In this document: positions 23,148 to 36,529 of the stretch, in pieces
Layout of the letters: each line of letters opens with the position of its first letter
How positions within the stretch are numbered: the first letter of the stretch is position 1
Source: Anthoceros angustus
Taxonomy: Eukaryota > Plantae > Anthocerotophyta
Length of the DNA: 64,000 nt
Assembly (NCBI GenBank): GCA_010909165.1
Contig: MU008151.1
Span: 496,001 to 560,000, forward strand
Direction of reading: 5' to 3'
Position numbers and translations under genes: made by a program
The notes under the pieces: generated by a model
The model's input: only the letters and a program-made list of their open reading frames with translations
Told to the model about the DNA's origin: nothing
Database searches by the model: none

Positions 23148-25425
23148 TCATCCGACCGGATTCCGGGCTTGGTTGATTTCGAACTTGAAAGTGTGCTCAG
23201 GTTTTGCTCCCGCTGGTCCCTGGCTGTAGAGATGAGGCAGGTATGCCTTGTATGCAGGCATGTAACGGGACACGAAGTCCTCCACCTACGAGTCACGCAC
23301 GATACACTTGGCAAAAGAGGCAACACCGCGGGTTGTTTCACTTTCATCATCACTGAACTCACAGGTTCTGGAACATACCTCGGCATCTGTCATTCCAGGC
23401 TTCCCCCCGGCTCGCATTGCAATTTCAGCCTGTGGAGCAACCCACATGGGGTCCTGTCAGTAAAAGAAAGCAACCGCAAGAGGTGGTCAGGCTCAGGTTT
23501 TCCCCACGCTGCTCACCTCCAGCCGCCACTGGTAGACCCAGGAAGGATCCTGCACTTGCACGATGATCCAGGAATCTATGAACCGGTGCCATGCCTGTTG
23601 ATACGAATCAAGGAGCCGATTCACAACTGCCAGCTGCGAAGTCCAAAACGCAGCATGTTAGACGTAATTGGGCAACATTTATGGTATGCAACGACGAGTA
23701 CACGAGGGTGGATTCCGGACTGAACAGCTGAGCTTGACCTGAGGATCTACAGCAGTAACTGTGGCTTCGTCTCTCGGTTCAAATCCCAGCATCCATCCCT
23801 CAAACAAGACAACCTGCAAAAGAAAATAAAATTATCTCCAAAAAGCAGAGGCATGGCAACCTTCCATCGCTTGAGACTTCTTCACACAGCAAGATAAAGC
23901 TTCGAGAAACTACCGCAAGGGGCCCCTCCACCTCTGGCCAGGTTGATGGATCCGCTCTGTCTCCCCTCCCTTTGAAGGCAGACTGCAGACAGAAAAAGTA
24001 ATTTACTACTAATTGTGCAGCGTGACATGGAATCTGATCTAAGATGGAAGACGATCAAGACAGAAGAGTTAACACGGTGAATTGCATACCTTATCATACC
24101 GGGGACACTTTGCTCTGGTGCCTGCAAAATCAGGGAAATGATGCTCAGGTAACCACGTAACGTCTCATTTCACACAGCAAAGGTCTGTTAACAGCATGGT
24201 GACCAGTCACCTTTTTTTGTAAGATTGTGGAGGGCATTCAAGGTTTCGGTGCCCAGGTCCAACTCATGGCTTCCTGCATTACCCCGAAGCTGGCCCATTC
24301 ACAACTCATTGAATGCCATGTCTCACTCATCACTGCGATCTGGATCTTACAGACAACAAGCATCCAGACCGGACTACCACACAAACATTTTCAAAAACCC
24401 TACCTCCAAAAGCTTGTTGCCATTATATTGCGTTGACAGCTTAGCCTGCACAGGGTTTGACGTAGCAGAACCTGAGTCACAACGCGGCACAGAAAGCTAA
24501 ATTTCCAAGTTGACTAACGATGAGCGGACTGAGAAGAACCTGATCGGCTGCTGTGAGGTAGAAGTCGTCAATGGATATGGCAGCAGCGTGGCTGCACGAA
24601 AGTAAAACAACGACAACAAATCAAGCACAAACAAGAATACCAGCATACTTCATCTCAAGCAAGCAGCAGTCCACCTACCTGCTAGAGACGTTGAAAAGAT
24701 ACTCCAACGAATCCACAATTGTCGTCTTGCCACAACCTTGAGGTGCGCTTATCCCGATCTGCAGAGCGAAGACGGAGTTTCCACATCAAGCTATAGAAAA
24801 CAGGTCAGCTACTGGCTGGTCTATGACGATCTCCAGCCACACTTTACTTTTCATCTATTAGGACAGCGTAAACGCAAGAGACAGCTTGGAAAACACCCTC
24901 CAAGGAAAGAATTCTCACCACTAAAGGAGGGATGGAGCTTCCAGCAGGCCACCGGGCCCGATGCAGAGACAGCTGCTGGTTACACCACAAGAAGACGGGA
25001 ATGTAGTAGTGATAGATCCGCACTCTCTCCGCCTCCGACAGCAATTCATGGAATCCTAAATGCCGTGCAAGCTTTTTCCCCAGTCCAAGCCACTCCCCAA
25101 TGTTCTCCCGCACACTGTTTGCAGAGGCGCCTAGCTTGCTCAGCAGAGGGCCCTCGCTGATGAAACGCTGCAGATCACTGGCTTCCGCTTCCTTATCCAG
25201 GCTTCTTGCAGCATTTTGGCTTGCGACAACCGTAACATTGCTCCGCCCGTTTCGAAGTCTCAAGGAAACCAGAGCCGGCGCTGAGAGATTCCTCCTCACT
25301 CCGCAGCTTGATCTCCGAGCGGGAAGCAGAGGCAAGCGCGCAATCCGCGCGCAGGCAGCTGGTCCCCCTCCTCTTCCTCCGCACAACTCGAGCGGTCCGG
25401 ACAGCGGCATCAGGAGGGCGTCCAT
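23148..25425 (-). CDS. GLYK: D-glycerate 3-kinase, plastid (photorespiration), multi-exon
   Basis: RIYHYYIPVFLWC, SAPQGCGKTT P-loop, SIDDFYL, and C-terminal DFVSRYMPAYKAYLPHLY..RNPVG*. Confidence 0.92.
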
Positions 25426-25915
25426 AGCCGGAGCACATTCAAAGCTGGATGAAAAACTATGGAATGCGTGGCGACAAGGGACAGTGCCTGAGATGAGAAT
25501 TAATGCTCCATCGCCGTGCGTGTCAGGGCATCGGGACCCGGCCCAGCAGCAGAACGAAATGTCAGGACGTCGGCGGGCAAGGCTGCAAGATTGTCATGAG
25601 GCAAAGAGACAAACGACCTTTATCCAATCTGGGAAAATTATACAAAGGAAGTGAGAAAGGTTGCTTCGCTGCATAATTGCCTATTTCGACTAGTCTAGGT
25701 CTCTATGCGTGTACCTATTCACGCACAACAGTCAACAAGTTCACTGGAATTATAGCAGAGAGTACCTACATAATCAGAGGATTCCAAATAACGCGCTCCG
25801 GGCCAGGCTGTGAGCACCGACTGGTTCCCGGAGAGCAATAACAGATCAAAACAATACATTCTCCCTGGACCTGTTCGTGAAGAAGGCTGCAGAAGAATGT
25901 TCGTCTGCTCCTGCT

Positions 25916-27489
25916 TCACGTAAGGTCATCTTCCTCATCTTCCTTGGCTTTCAGGGCATTCTTTCCGCGGAGGAGGAGAGTGGTTTTCCATTGATCCTGT
26001 GGACAGGCATTCAAGATCATAATTCAACCTCAATACTTCAACTTTTATCAAGCTCGAGGACTTCTTGGGCAGCTTACCAAACGGGTCATAGAATCAAATT
26101 CTTTCACAACGTCAGTGAATTTTCCCACATCCTCTTCGTCAATAGTAGCGGCTAGATCCTGCAACATGCCCAGGCAAAGTGAAATCATGCCACTCACAAA
26201 CTAATAATGGGGTTGCGGGAGGCCCTGTCAGACAACTCACTGCTAAGAATTTGCACTCGCGAGTTGTCTCGAAGCTGGGGTCCCACTCCTGTAAAATGCA
26301 CGGGAATCGGATGACACTGAGAACCAAATCTTTGTCACACTTCCCCGCTGACAGGACAGAAAGCAGGCAAAAATAAACCAGCATGACTTTACCTTATACT
26401 TCTCCACCGCGTTCTGTATGGCAATAGGATCGCAGCCAGCAATGTGGCATAGGCCAGCATTGAGAAAGTAACCCTTCACACTATACTTCAGCAGATTGTT
26501 GTCCAATGACTGCCTTCCCACAAGTTCAAATATCTCGATTGCCCTTGGATAACTGTGACAAGATGCAACACAGAGGTCACGCCACATAGAACCACATACG
26601 TACTACACCAGTTTTCCATCCATTCCAAGACCTGCTAACTCACTCTTCTAGCTGAGCTGCAAGTTGTGCCACTTTAAGCTTGCATTGATTGCTGGAAGTG
26701 TTAACTTCCTCCCCTTGATAGAGTTCAGCTGCTTTGTCAAAGTTGTCTATTGCATTTGCTAGATCATCTTCTTTCTCAAAAAGCTCCCCGATATCCTGCC
26801 AGCAAGAGATCAGACAACGGCTCCATTTCAACTACGACGCCAACTTCTTCTTCAAGATATCGTACCTTATAGTGTTTGGCAGCTAGCTGAAGCCTCCCAG
26901 ACTCCAGAAGATAAGTGATGGCAATGTTCAACGTCCTCACAGCTTCTGCACTCCATGAACTCGTGCACATCATCAGGCACATTCAAAGCACCCGATTCCA
27001 CCCTGTTGCAGCTGGATTTACACCACACAACCTACACACCTTTCGGCTGCGTTTTTTTATAACAATTCGCAGCGTCTACATACGCCGAGGCCGCTTCATG
27101 CTTGCTTTCCGCCTGTTTCAAAAACTCAAAAAACGTCAGCACACGGCTGCTCAGGCCAAACCAGCATGCAGCACCAAATCTCGATCAGGTTCTCAAACAG
27201 AGGCCACTGACTTTGAGATGGCAGCCGGCGAGCTTGACGTAGGCCGCAGCAGCCTTGTCCCCTGCGAGACCGTGAGTGAGAATTTAGGGTTTGCAGCGGA
27301 ATGCAGAGAGGAGGAGGGAAGGGAAAGGGAGGAGACAGACAGACAGGCTTTCCCGAGCTTGTACGAGTTGGCGGCCTTCTCCAGCAGCTCAGCGGCCTCG
27401 TCGTACTTGTTGCCGAAGAGTCCCCAGCCCTTGAGCTTCTTCTCTGCCTTGCGCTCGTACTCGTCGCCCTGCGCCTCCTGATCGCCCAT
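25916..27489 (-). CDS. Alpha-soluble NSF attachment protein (alpha-SNAP), multi-exon
   Basis: [63 protein letters not shown], and C-terminus [17 protein letters not shown]. Confidence 0.94.
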
Positions 27490-27863
27490 CCTTGCCCTGG
27501 ATCCAACTCAACTTCTGCCTCGCACGCAGACTTGGGTACCAAGCCGGGCTACTACGCGGCACGTGCGTGTCAATACTGTGGCCTCGCCAAATTGAATCGA
27601 AATGTTGGAATTAACGTACATAAAGGCCAGTTCACTTGGTACATCGTAAATACATACCATACATATCTGGCACTCTGAAACGCTCACGCTCGTATGCTCT
27701 AGCATGCAACAATCTGTTGAATTTATTATGATTTAATTTGTTTCATTCTGTGGGGTTTCGGGGCTACGATCGCCACACATACATGTTCACATGCGGCAGT
27801 TCACATATACACAGTTTATTTCAGCAATTCTGTGTATATTTCAGCAATTTTGGCCGGCGTGCA

Positions 27864-28013
27864 GGCTTCGCTCTTGCGGGAAGGCTTCACTCTTGCGTGC
27901 AAGCTTCGCTCTCGCGGGAAGGCTTCACTCTTGCGTGCAAGCTTCGCTCTCGCGTGAAGGCTTCACTCTTGCGTTCAAGCTTCGTTCTCGCGTGAAGGCT
28001 TCACTCTCGCGTG
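27864..28013. repeat. 19-bp minisatellite (about 8 units)
   Basis: gcttc(g/a)ctct(t/c)gcg(g/t)gaag-type units in tandem. Confidence 0.9.
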
Positions 28014-28497
28014 ACAGTGGCTACAACATGCACTTAAAGACTATGCACCTAAGACTATTGCATCCTGCAGCATATACGCTCAGCCTAGGTGCGGGTTTAG
28101 GGTCCCTTATCTCCTTTCTCGTCACTCCCCTTCATCACATAGCATCTGATGGCCTGGAGAAGGCATCCAGACCACGCTGGACAACCTTCATGCCTTGTCC
28201 AGGCCATCAGAAGCATTTGAAGTGATACACCCAATTTCAAACAAAAAGAGGTCATGCTTGCGCAATTGCAGGCACAAAAACAAGGCACATGTTCAAGTTT
28301 GCGCTCTCACCTCATGGTGGGAGCTCTCAAAACGTGCCTATAGTGGCTGGCAGAACCTAACCACAAGTGGGCAAGAGAAAAAAAGTTTGTGTGCAGTGAA
28401 CGCCGATGTGGTCATATGTGACAAATAAATAGTCCCACAGCGAAGGCCAATGTGGTCATCTGAGAACAAATAAATAGTCCAGCCGTATGCTGTTTAG

Positions 28498-28810
28498 CTT
28501 TTCTCCATTATCATGTAGTCTTTTTATCTTTTCACCATGGTCATGTGATCTTTTCATCTTTTCTCCAGTGTCATGTGGTCTTTTTCATCTTTCAACCATT
28601 GTTATGTGATCTTTTCATTTTTTTTTCTCCATTATCATATTCTCTTTTTCATGCTTTCTCAATTCTAACGCAACATGTAATAGGGTAATGATTGCGTCTT
28701 TTCTCCATTATCACATGGTCTTTTTATCTTCTCTCCTTTTTCAAGCAACAGACTCGACAATTCTTCTCCATTGTCGTATAGATAGTCTTTCCATGTTTTC
28801 TCACCACCTG
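28498..28810. repeat. Degenerate ~30-bp tandem repeat
   Basis: Recurring ttctccatt(a/g)tcatgt(g/a)gtcttttt(c)atct-like units. Confidence 0.65.
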
Positions 28811-29415
28811 GGCTTGCAATAATAAATGCAACTATACGAAATACAGGTCCGAAGTAAGCCACTAGCTTTATTTGAGCTTAATACCATACGATAAGCTCAT
28901 ACAAAGTGATACAAGTATCATTGTAAGTGCATATAGTCTCTCTCGGCGGGCTGGACTCAGGAGTTCGCTCGGAACTCTGAGCGAGTTCTCAAACTCCCCG
29001 GAGCGAGTTCTTGTGCGCGAGACATTTTCTTCATAGGCTACCTTGACTCATGTGACAAGTTAGTAAAAATTACTCTTGTCATACTAACACTTTTTCGCCA
29101 ATGCCATGTAGTCTTATCTTTCCTCCATTCTCATGGAAGAGGTTAGTGATACTTGTTGGATGAGGCTGATAATACATGCTCACCAAGCCTGGTAATACTT
29201 GCTCAACAGCCTCTCATTTCGATATAAGGAAAGTTTTGGATTACTAGGTCTAGACATATATTCTGTTTTTATTACCAATACCTTCATGGTCAGTCTCCAA
29301 AATGTTACTCAGGTTTATGGTACATTTACTTTGGTTTCAAAATTGGAGTAAGGGTTATGGCGGAGTGTCATGACTGAAGTTCAGTAACTAAAAAGTGACT
29401 TGAAGTTGAGTGACT

Positions 29416-31496
29416 TCAGTTTGTCTTTCGTTGTTTTCTATTTTGACCTTTCCCTTGACTACCTGGACCTGGTCTCTTGGCTCCAAAAGATGGCCTAGGA
29501 GGTGCAGCCACCGGCCTTGAAGCATTCACTGTCTGGACGAAGCGATGCAATCTCCACAAAGTGGCCGGGTCCTGAGACGGAATGAAAGAAGGGTTAAGTC
29601 CAAGGATGATTAGAAAGCTGGAATAGATTAATTCATAAGAGGAATGGTCGGATGGCGTACCAAAGTGGTAATGTCCACCACCACCTCCTCTCCAGCAGCA
29701 TCAACGTCTGGGTGCTTTTGAGCGACAATATAAATGACCTTATTCAGATGTTCTGCGCTCAGCTTGCCCAGGATGTAACCCAGCTGCCTTTTCTCCTTGA
29801 CAGACATAGCCCTGCCCTCGACAACAAGTTCAGCTCAGGCTAGGAATAAGATCCAGGTTAGGCGCAGGGCACAGCGTCTTAATTAAGCAGTCATATATTG
29901 TTGCAGATATTACAATATATGACTGCTTAATTAAGCAGTCATATATTGTAACATCTGCAGCAGTTCTCAAAGATCAAAGCTGAGGAAAAGCCACAAGAGT
30001 GCTTCACACTGAGCTGTAGAATAGTAAGAATCCAGCTCTGAAAGAGTAACGACAGGAAGTCAGGTGCACACACACGAATTCCACTCCTGTTATCGCCCTC
30101 GTATCTATATTGAACTCTGGGAGTTTGTCAAAGGAGCTACACACCTGCATTTGGGACCGGCTTGCTGCTGTAGGTCTTCTAATTCCCTGTCCAGCTCGTC
30201 CAGCTACAAGTCCAAATGCACCTATGATGAAGCTGCAAGTGGGGTAATTCACAAGCAAAAGAAGCAGCAGGTAGCCATTCACCTGCCGGCTGAGTTCATC
30301 GACCATAATTTCTGTTGTTGCTCCTTCTGCCAGCGGAATGGATGTCTCTCTCTCAGGTATTTCTGATTCTTCCTGCTTTTTCTTAGCTTCCTGAACAAAC
30401 AGCCAGCTCAATGATCCAGTGAAATGAAACTTAAACAGTTGCTAAATGAACCTACACAGGACAACCAAAATCAGACCTGGGGGCTTGAAGAACCACTTAC
30501 TTCCTCGACTACTTTTGCCTCAAAAACTCTCCATTTCTCCTCAAACTTAGTTGACAGGGTCTTGGCCATTGTGTGCACATCAGTTCCCTCCTGGTTGTAT
30601 GTCATAGCATTACTGAACACTAGTCGCACATCCTCGCAAATCTCTTGGAAGTTGTTGTATCCTTTGCCATCCTTTGCATCCATACGATCCCGAATGGTAC
30701 CAAGATCCATAGGTTTCTCAACTATCTGCAGAAAGGATGACCAGGTAAGCTATCCTGTCAGCTTCAACAGCTAAGTCTCGCATTGCAGAGGTTACGACTT
30801 ACTTCAAAGTAGTCAGTCAGGCCTAGGCCTTCCACGTCCACCGGCTCCAAAAAGGGCCAGGCCCACCTATGCTGCATAATCTGAAACCACACACGTTGCA
30901 ACCATCAGCTAACTCCAGAAAGAAACCCACGGAACATTCGAATGCAGCGGCAATTCCATCATCAATCTAAATGAAACCTGACGCAGTATAGAGGCAAACT
31001 GGCGAGTGAGCTCGGCCATCCGCTTGGTCCAGGCAACTTCACGACGAAGTGCATCTGATCGTCTAGAGACTACTGTCTTCTCCTTGTCTTGCTCAGCAAC
31101 CTTGCTACTATTCTGAAGCTTGCTCTGCTGTAATAGAGCTGCGCGCATACGGTTCACCTCATATACCTGCTTCTCTACCTGGACAACAGCATGAAAGCTC
31201 AGACCAAAACAACAAGCATGTTTTTAGCATCATCTCAACACCAAGCATGTTTGACATCCCCCATACTTCACGAGAAGCCTCTGGGCCTAGCCTACCTCGT
31301 CTACAGTAGCAGTCAACTCCAGCACCTTCTTCCTAAGCGCATCCCTTTCAGCCTGAGTTGCAGGAGCAGGAGTAGCAGGTAGAGAGGCAGACCCGTCTTG
31401 GTCGCTTGTGCTGGCTTGGGAATTGCCTCTAGCCACAGCTGTGCCAGAGCCTGAGGCTTTCTTTGCACTGGATCCCATCCCACCTCGACGCATCAC
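29416..31496 (-). CDS. BET-family bromodomain + extra-terminal domain protein (GTE1/IMB1-like), multi-exon
   Basis: HRWAWPFLEPVDVEGLGL.DY, KPMDLGTI, DVRLVFSNAMTYN (bromodomain); EKRQLG..LGKLS.EHLNKVI.IVAQ..VVDI..LDPATLWRL (ET domain). Confidence 0.9.
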
Positions 31497-31859
31497 AGCA
31501 CTGCAGCACCATCAGTGAACACCAGTGCAAAGCCAAGGCCCCGAGGTCCTATGATGCGCTTTCGTAAACCACCTGTTATATGCCATAGCTGCCCTCATGC
31601 CATTTCCCATGCTCCCAAGCCTACAGACCGAGAATCCACCGAGACTCAGAACACACCGACACAAAGGACAGAATTAGGGCTCGGCAGCCATCGCACCCGC
31701 TCATCAAGTTCACCAGTTCTCTAGTTTGTTGCTAGCTGTGGAACGAAAATCATACATTACTCGTTTGCCAAGGTGATTGTACTGTAGTAGAATCGTAGAT
31801 CGCTTGTACGAGCTTCGGAAGCTTGAAGTTTATGAAGTTTTCCATACCAGAAAACTCAA

Positions 31860-32033
31860 TATGGTCACTTCTCTTCAGTGTTCCGGACTTGGGAACAAAG
31901 GATATGGTCACTTCTCTTCAGTGTTCCGCACTGGGAACAAAGGATATGGTCACTTCTCTTCAGTGTTCCGGACTTGGGAACAGAGGATATAGTCACTTCC
32001 CTTCAGTGTTCCGGACTTGGGAACAAAGGATAT
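31860..32033. repeat. 43-bp tandem array (4 copies)
   Basis: atatggtcacttctcttcagtgttccggacttgggaacaaagg x4. Confidence 0.92.
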
Positions 32034-32111
32034 GTGTGTAGCTGTGTGATACACACATCGTTCTTGCACACAGCTACACACATATCATATCCTTGGTTCC
32101 CAAATCCGGAG

Positions 32112-32284
32112 CACTCAATGCAAGGAGCTTGTGCTTGGAGGAGAACGGACTTGGGAACACTCAATGCAAGGAGCTTGTGCTTGGAGGAGAACGGACTTGG
32201 GAACACTCAATGCAAGGAGCTTGTGCTTGGAGGAGAACGGACTTGGGAACACTCAATGCAAGGAGCTTGTGCTTGGAGGAGAAA
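32112..32284. repeat. 46-bp tandem array (~3.7 copies)
   Basis: cactcaatgcaaggagcttgtgcttggaggagaacggacttgggaa repeated identically. Confidence 0.92.
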
Positions 32285-33101
32285 GCCAGCATGTTTGAAT
32301 GGCGTATGAATGAATTGTGCTTCAATCACGTCCTGGCGAAGAAGTTGCAACTTCCACATTAGCGCGAGCTGGAGAACTTAAGGAGAGGCCACAGCCTTTT
32401 GGACCATGCACTCGTCACGGTAATTCTGTTCCTTTCAACAACCTCTAACAATGGACTTTAGTCTCATTCTGCACTAAGATCTCTTACGTTACGTGAACTT
32501 GCGGCTGGTGTGGCAGTTTCTTGTTTATAGAGACGTGGTGTGGCAGTTTCTGCGGCTGCACAGACTAGGATGGGATCACACAGGACCTTAAACCCTCAAC
32601 CCCTGGTCCAACTCACTGGAGAAGTAGGAAGTTGGCATGAAACAAGTCCTGGATGTGCGGATAGCAACCATGTCCAAAACCATGCGCTGCCACATGCTGC
32701 AAGAGCTCATAATCTTGTAGTCCTGAATCTGGTCCGGGAACAAACCAGGCTCACATCAGACTTGCCTCGACGTGTCTAGGGAGTAGGTAGAGATTTTGAT
32801 ACCATGAACATGAAGATCTGAGAACGAACATACTGTGAAGACGAATATTCCACATCGCCTAGAAACACAGCACGATGGGATGGATGCACTGCATCCAGCA
32901 AATGCATCTTGTCTTTCGATGACACCACCCGTCAAGGGTTTGCAGTGAAGGGGAGGTGCCTTGTGTATAAAAGTGAGGTTTGAAAGCAACCTTGCACGCC
33001 CTAAAATGTTTGACAAGCTCTAATCTAAAAACGGCTCCACTTCAAGGGCGGAGGAACCGGCGAGAGACATGTAACGTCCGTGGCTTCAGGCGAAGATCGC
33101 A

Positions 33102-35687
33102 ATGGGCGGGATGCCGGGTGTTCGCAGAGATGTGCTGCAGTGGCTAGTAGCCTTGAATCTGTCCTTCCCGATTCGCAATCTCAGGAGGTAACGCAGATTT
33201 TTTTTTTTTTGGGGGGGGTTTTGTGGCCCCGGAATGAAGGCGCAACTCTGGATGGAGTTGATGCTCGGTGTCACGGAATGCGCAGAGATTTTTCCAACGG
33301 GTTCCTGGTGGCAGAGATTTTTTCTCGCTACTTCCCAAGCAGTATACAAATGCACTCCTTTGACACCGGGACTGGCATAGCGAAGAAGAGAAACAACTGG
33401 TCCCAGCTTGAGAAGTTCTTCAAGGCAAGATGGGCAATTCTGGCTGGGGCTGCCACTGCTTTCACGAAAAAGGGGACTCCGACTGGGCTTGCCGCATCTC
33501 ACATGCTCTGCCCCATGCTCTCACCTGCAGAAGAAGAATTTCCATGTTTTGAAAGAGGAGATTGAGAATATCATCAACTGCGATGCAAATGAGGGAGCTG
33601 GTCCGCTGCTTGACCGCATGTACGGGTTTCTGACACATAAGAGGTATGACATTCCTGGAATGGCTCTGGGCACTAGTGCATCTCGGTTTGGTTTGGTTTT
33701 GAGGTTTCTGTGTCGTTCACCGGTGAGACGTCTGCAATTTCTTTTTGATTACAAATTTGTGGCTGTTTTCCTGGCGGCATGTGAGCAATTGTGTCAGCTT
33801 GTCAGCTAGCCACATAAAATGATTTTTGACCTTCACGTTTTAGGCTTACACCAATGGATTGTGTGGGTGTTGAAACCTGGGTCACATCTTCCCTTCTGCT
33901 GAATCTTGTTGTGAGAACGATGAACTGTCAATGTTAGTGACACAATACCATTAGGGAGATGTTCTTTAACGCCCTCTAATATTGTGCAAGACTGTTCTGC
34001 ATGAGATCTAATGGTTCGTTTATTCTAACAATGAGATGCAATGTTGTCAAAGATGCACTCCAATCCGAATTGATGGCAATGGTCAAGATCTGTGGTCAGG
34101 ACTTCCTGATTCTGCAGAAGAACCACCAGCATGTAAGATTGACAACTGTACTAGGGAGCAGACTGAAAACTGTTGCGTCAATCAGGGATACTATGAAAAT
34201 GGTTACGGGTATCATTATGACAACTACGAGGGAGACCACGACTTTAGAAGCTCTGAGAAACTAAGAGAAGAGGATGATGAGAGGAGAAGATATCACGGAG
34301 AGAGTATTATCAGAACAGGCGCATATAGACAGGACAGAGCTCGAGATCCTCGTGGTTCCTGTTATGACTTGTCCCAATCAAGATCAAGTTCAGGATACTC
34401 AGAATCCAATCCAGTTTTAAGTGCAGACAGTCTTGTCCATTACAGAGACTCAGTAGTTTGCCCTCAAAGCTCTGATGTCAATCATTCTTCACTTGTAGTC
34501 TATGATCAGCAGCGGAGAGAGAACGACGTCTATCCTGCCAATGTTACTGATGGGCATGAACCAAATGTCATGTCATGTCGGGATGAAAATAACCTGTCGC
34601 TTCTGAAAAGTAAGGTTAACCGTAGGGAGTCACCCAAGAAAGCAGTCGTACTAAGTGCTGTTGAGAGGGCAAGGTTGAAGGAGAACAAACGGATAAAGAA
34701 GTCAATAAAAGACAATTTAAATCCTAGAATAGTAGAACTCAAAGGACTTCGTTGGAGGGAAGAAGCCAATAAGCATGAAGGTCTTGCTTTCCGTAGTCCA
34801 AATCGCCAGGTTTGCGTCTCAAAGTTGTACCTGATGCTCCCTGTCCGTTCAGCCTGCTGTGCTGTCTGCTAACGCGTGTCTGTTTTTTTGAGTGCCTTGC
34901 AGAGACAGTTCCGGTCATACACCATCTCAGACTGGAGAAAGCAACAGAATATGACGGGGCATGTTCATCTTGGTGGTCTCGGTCCTAAGAACACAGTGGA
35001 GCTATCATTGCAGGTCAGCAGGACAGCAGTGCCTCTGCATGTTCAGTTTTGGATTGCAGGCCTTCTGTGTGCCTAACATATAGCCTCTGCAGAAGGAGGT
35101 ATATCAGAAGGTCAAGCAGTTTGCACGCTCCGTTCAGGCAGCAAACTCATCAAAGGTCCTTGACACACTTTCAAATGCTCGCAAGCTCACTTTTGATTCA
35201 TGTCAAACAACTTTGATTACGCGGCTGACGCTTTGCAATTGCTGAGCAAAGCAGGATTTTGAGCCGAAGAAGCAGAAGGCAAACAAACTGCTTTCAAGTC
35301 GTGCCAAGGTACTCCTGGTGTGCATGTCGTACTGAAGTGGGTTCAAACCTGTCAGTAGCTGGTATGCCAATTTCCGGGCATCTGCCTTGTGTGTCGTAGG
35401 CAAAGGAGTTTGCAATGAAAATCCCAAAACCAAAGATCAAGAAGGTTGCTACCTGTGAAGGGCATGACGAAGCTGACGGATACACCCACATTCCATCTGA
35501 ATTGGAGATGCTCGAAACCCAGCATCACGCCGACAAACAGAAGTTTGAGGTGAGTCCGAGGAACTACCCCTACCCTCTTCACACTGTCAGAGATATATGC
35601 CGAGTGTTTCCTTCCTACGGGCTGTTGATCGCCACTTCCTCCTGAGCGCAGGCTATGCGACGGGACTTGGAGCACTTCTTGAGATGA
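33102..35687 (+). CDS. Ciliary-type protein: N-terminal SPATA4/SPEF1-like calponin-homology domain plus C-terminal JHY (DUF4591)-like region; one fused gene or two adjacent genes
   Basis: Spliced N-terminus [62 protein letters not shown]-terminal exons give [66 protein letters not shown]. Confidence 0.75.
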
Positions 35688-36350
35688 AGCTGTTGTCGGC
35701 CGAGTCGTTTGCGTTACGTGAATGAGACTTTTACTTTGTCAGTACTTTCCCACGTTGCGCTGCCCACAATTCTAACATCAGCCGCATCTGTAAGATTGTG
35801 AGAGAACAACAGGTTGACGAGTGTAACTTGAACAAGAATCCTGTCGCCCACAAACACTTGAACAAGAACCCCTGACAGCGTTGCTTGTCTCGGGTTGTGC
35901 AACCGCAGTGCATGAGGGACATGAGCATCAACAACAAGGCGGCCACGGCAAAGCTGCCCTCCTACTCCATGGACTTGATCCAACTCTCGATGCTTTCGAG
36001 CCTCTGTAGACTGCACACACAGCACATTCCAGCTCCGATGTGCAGCTCGGCAATGTGACATATAACCCGATACCACAGCGCTCTCAGGCCCCTAAGCTGA
36101 AGGTGTATGTGGACAGGTGGGCCAATGTCTCACTTCCTCAGGATGGACTTGTCTTCATGGCCGCTTGCGGAGACTACGAGCCTCGTCACTTCACCCGGGT
36201 CTTGGAACGGGTTTATCCATACATGCTTCAGAGCATTCGTGTTGACGAGACGTCATGGGGTTGGATGAGGCGGACCAAAGGGACAGGGACAGGGATAGAA
36301 AAGAAGGGGATCAATTGTTAACTAGGACATGGTTGGTCTAGTTGCGTAGT

Positions 36351-36529
36351 GCATTTTGAGTTCATTCAACACCACATTGTATGCACCCTTCAAGTTTCAA
36401 GCTATAGATTGATGTCATTTATGTTCTTAGTGAGCTCGCATTTTGAGTTCTTTCAACACCACATTGTATGGACCCTTCAAGTTTCAAGTTGGATCATAGA
36501 TCGACGTCATTTATGTTCTTAGTGAGCTC
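36351..36529. repeat. ~88-bp direct duplication
   Basis: gcattttgagttc..caacaccacattgtatg..cccttcaagtttcaag..gtcatttatgttcttagtgagctc occurs twice. Confidence 0.85.

Noticed and set aside
31860-32290. CRISPR-like array
   Set aside because: Units are contiguous with no unique spacers, no cas genes are present, and the context is eukaryotic.
35714-36321. Short ORFs between the ciliary gene and COX5C
   Set aside because: No family recognised; candidate introns are implausibly short.
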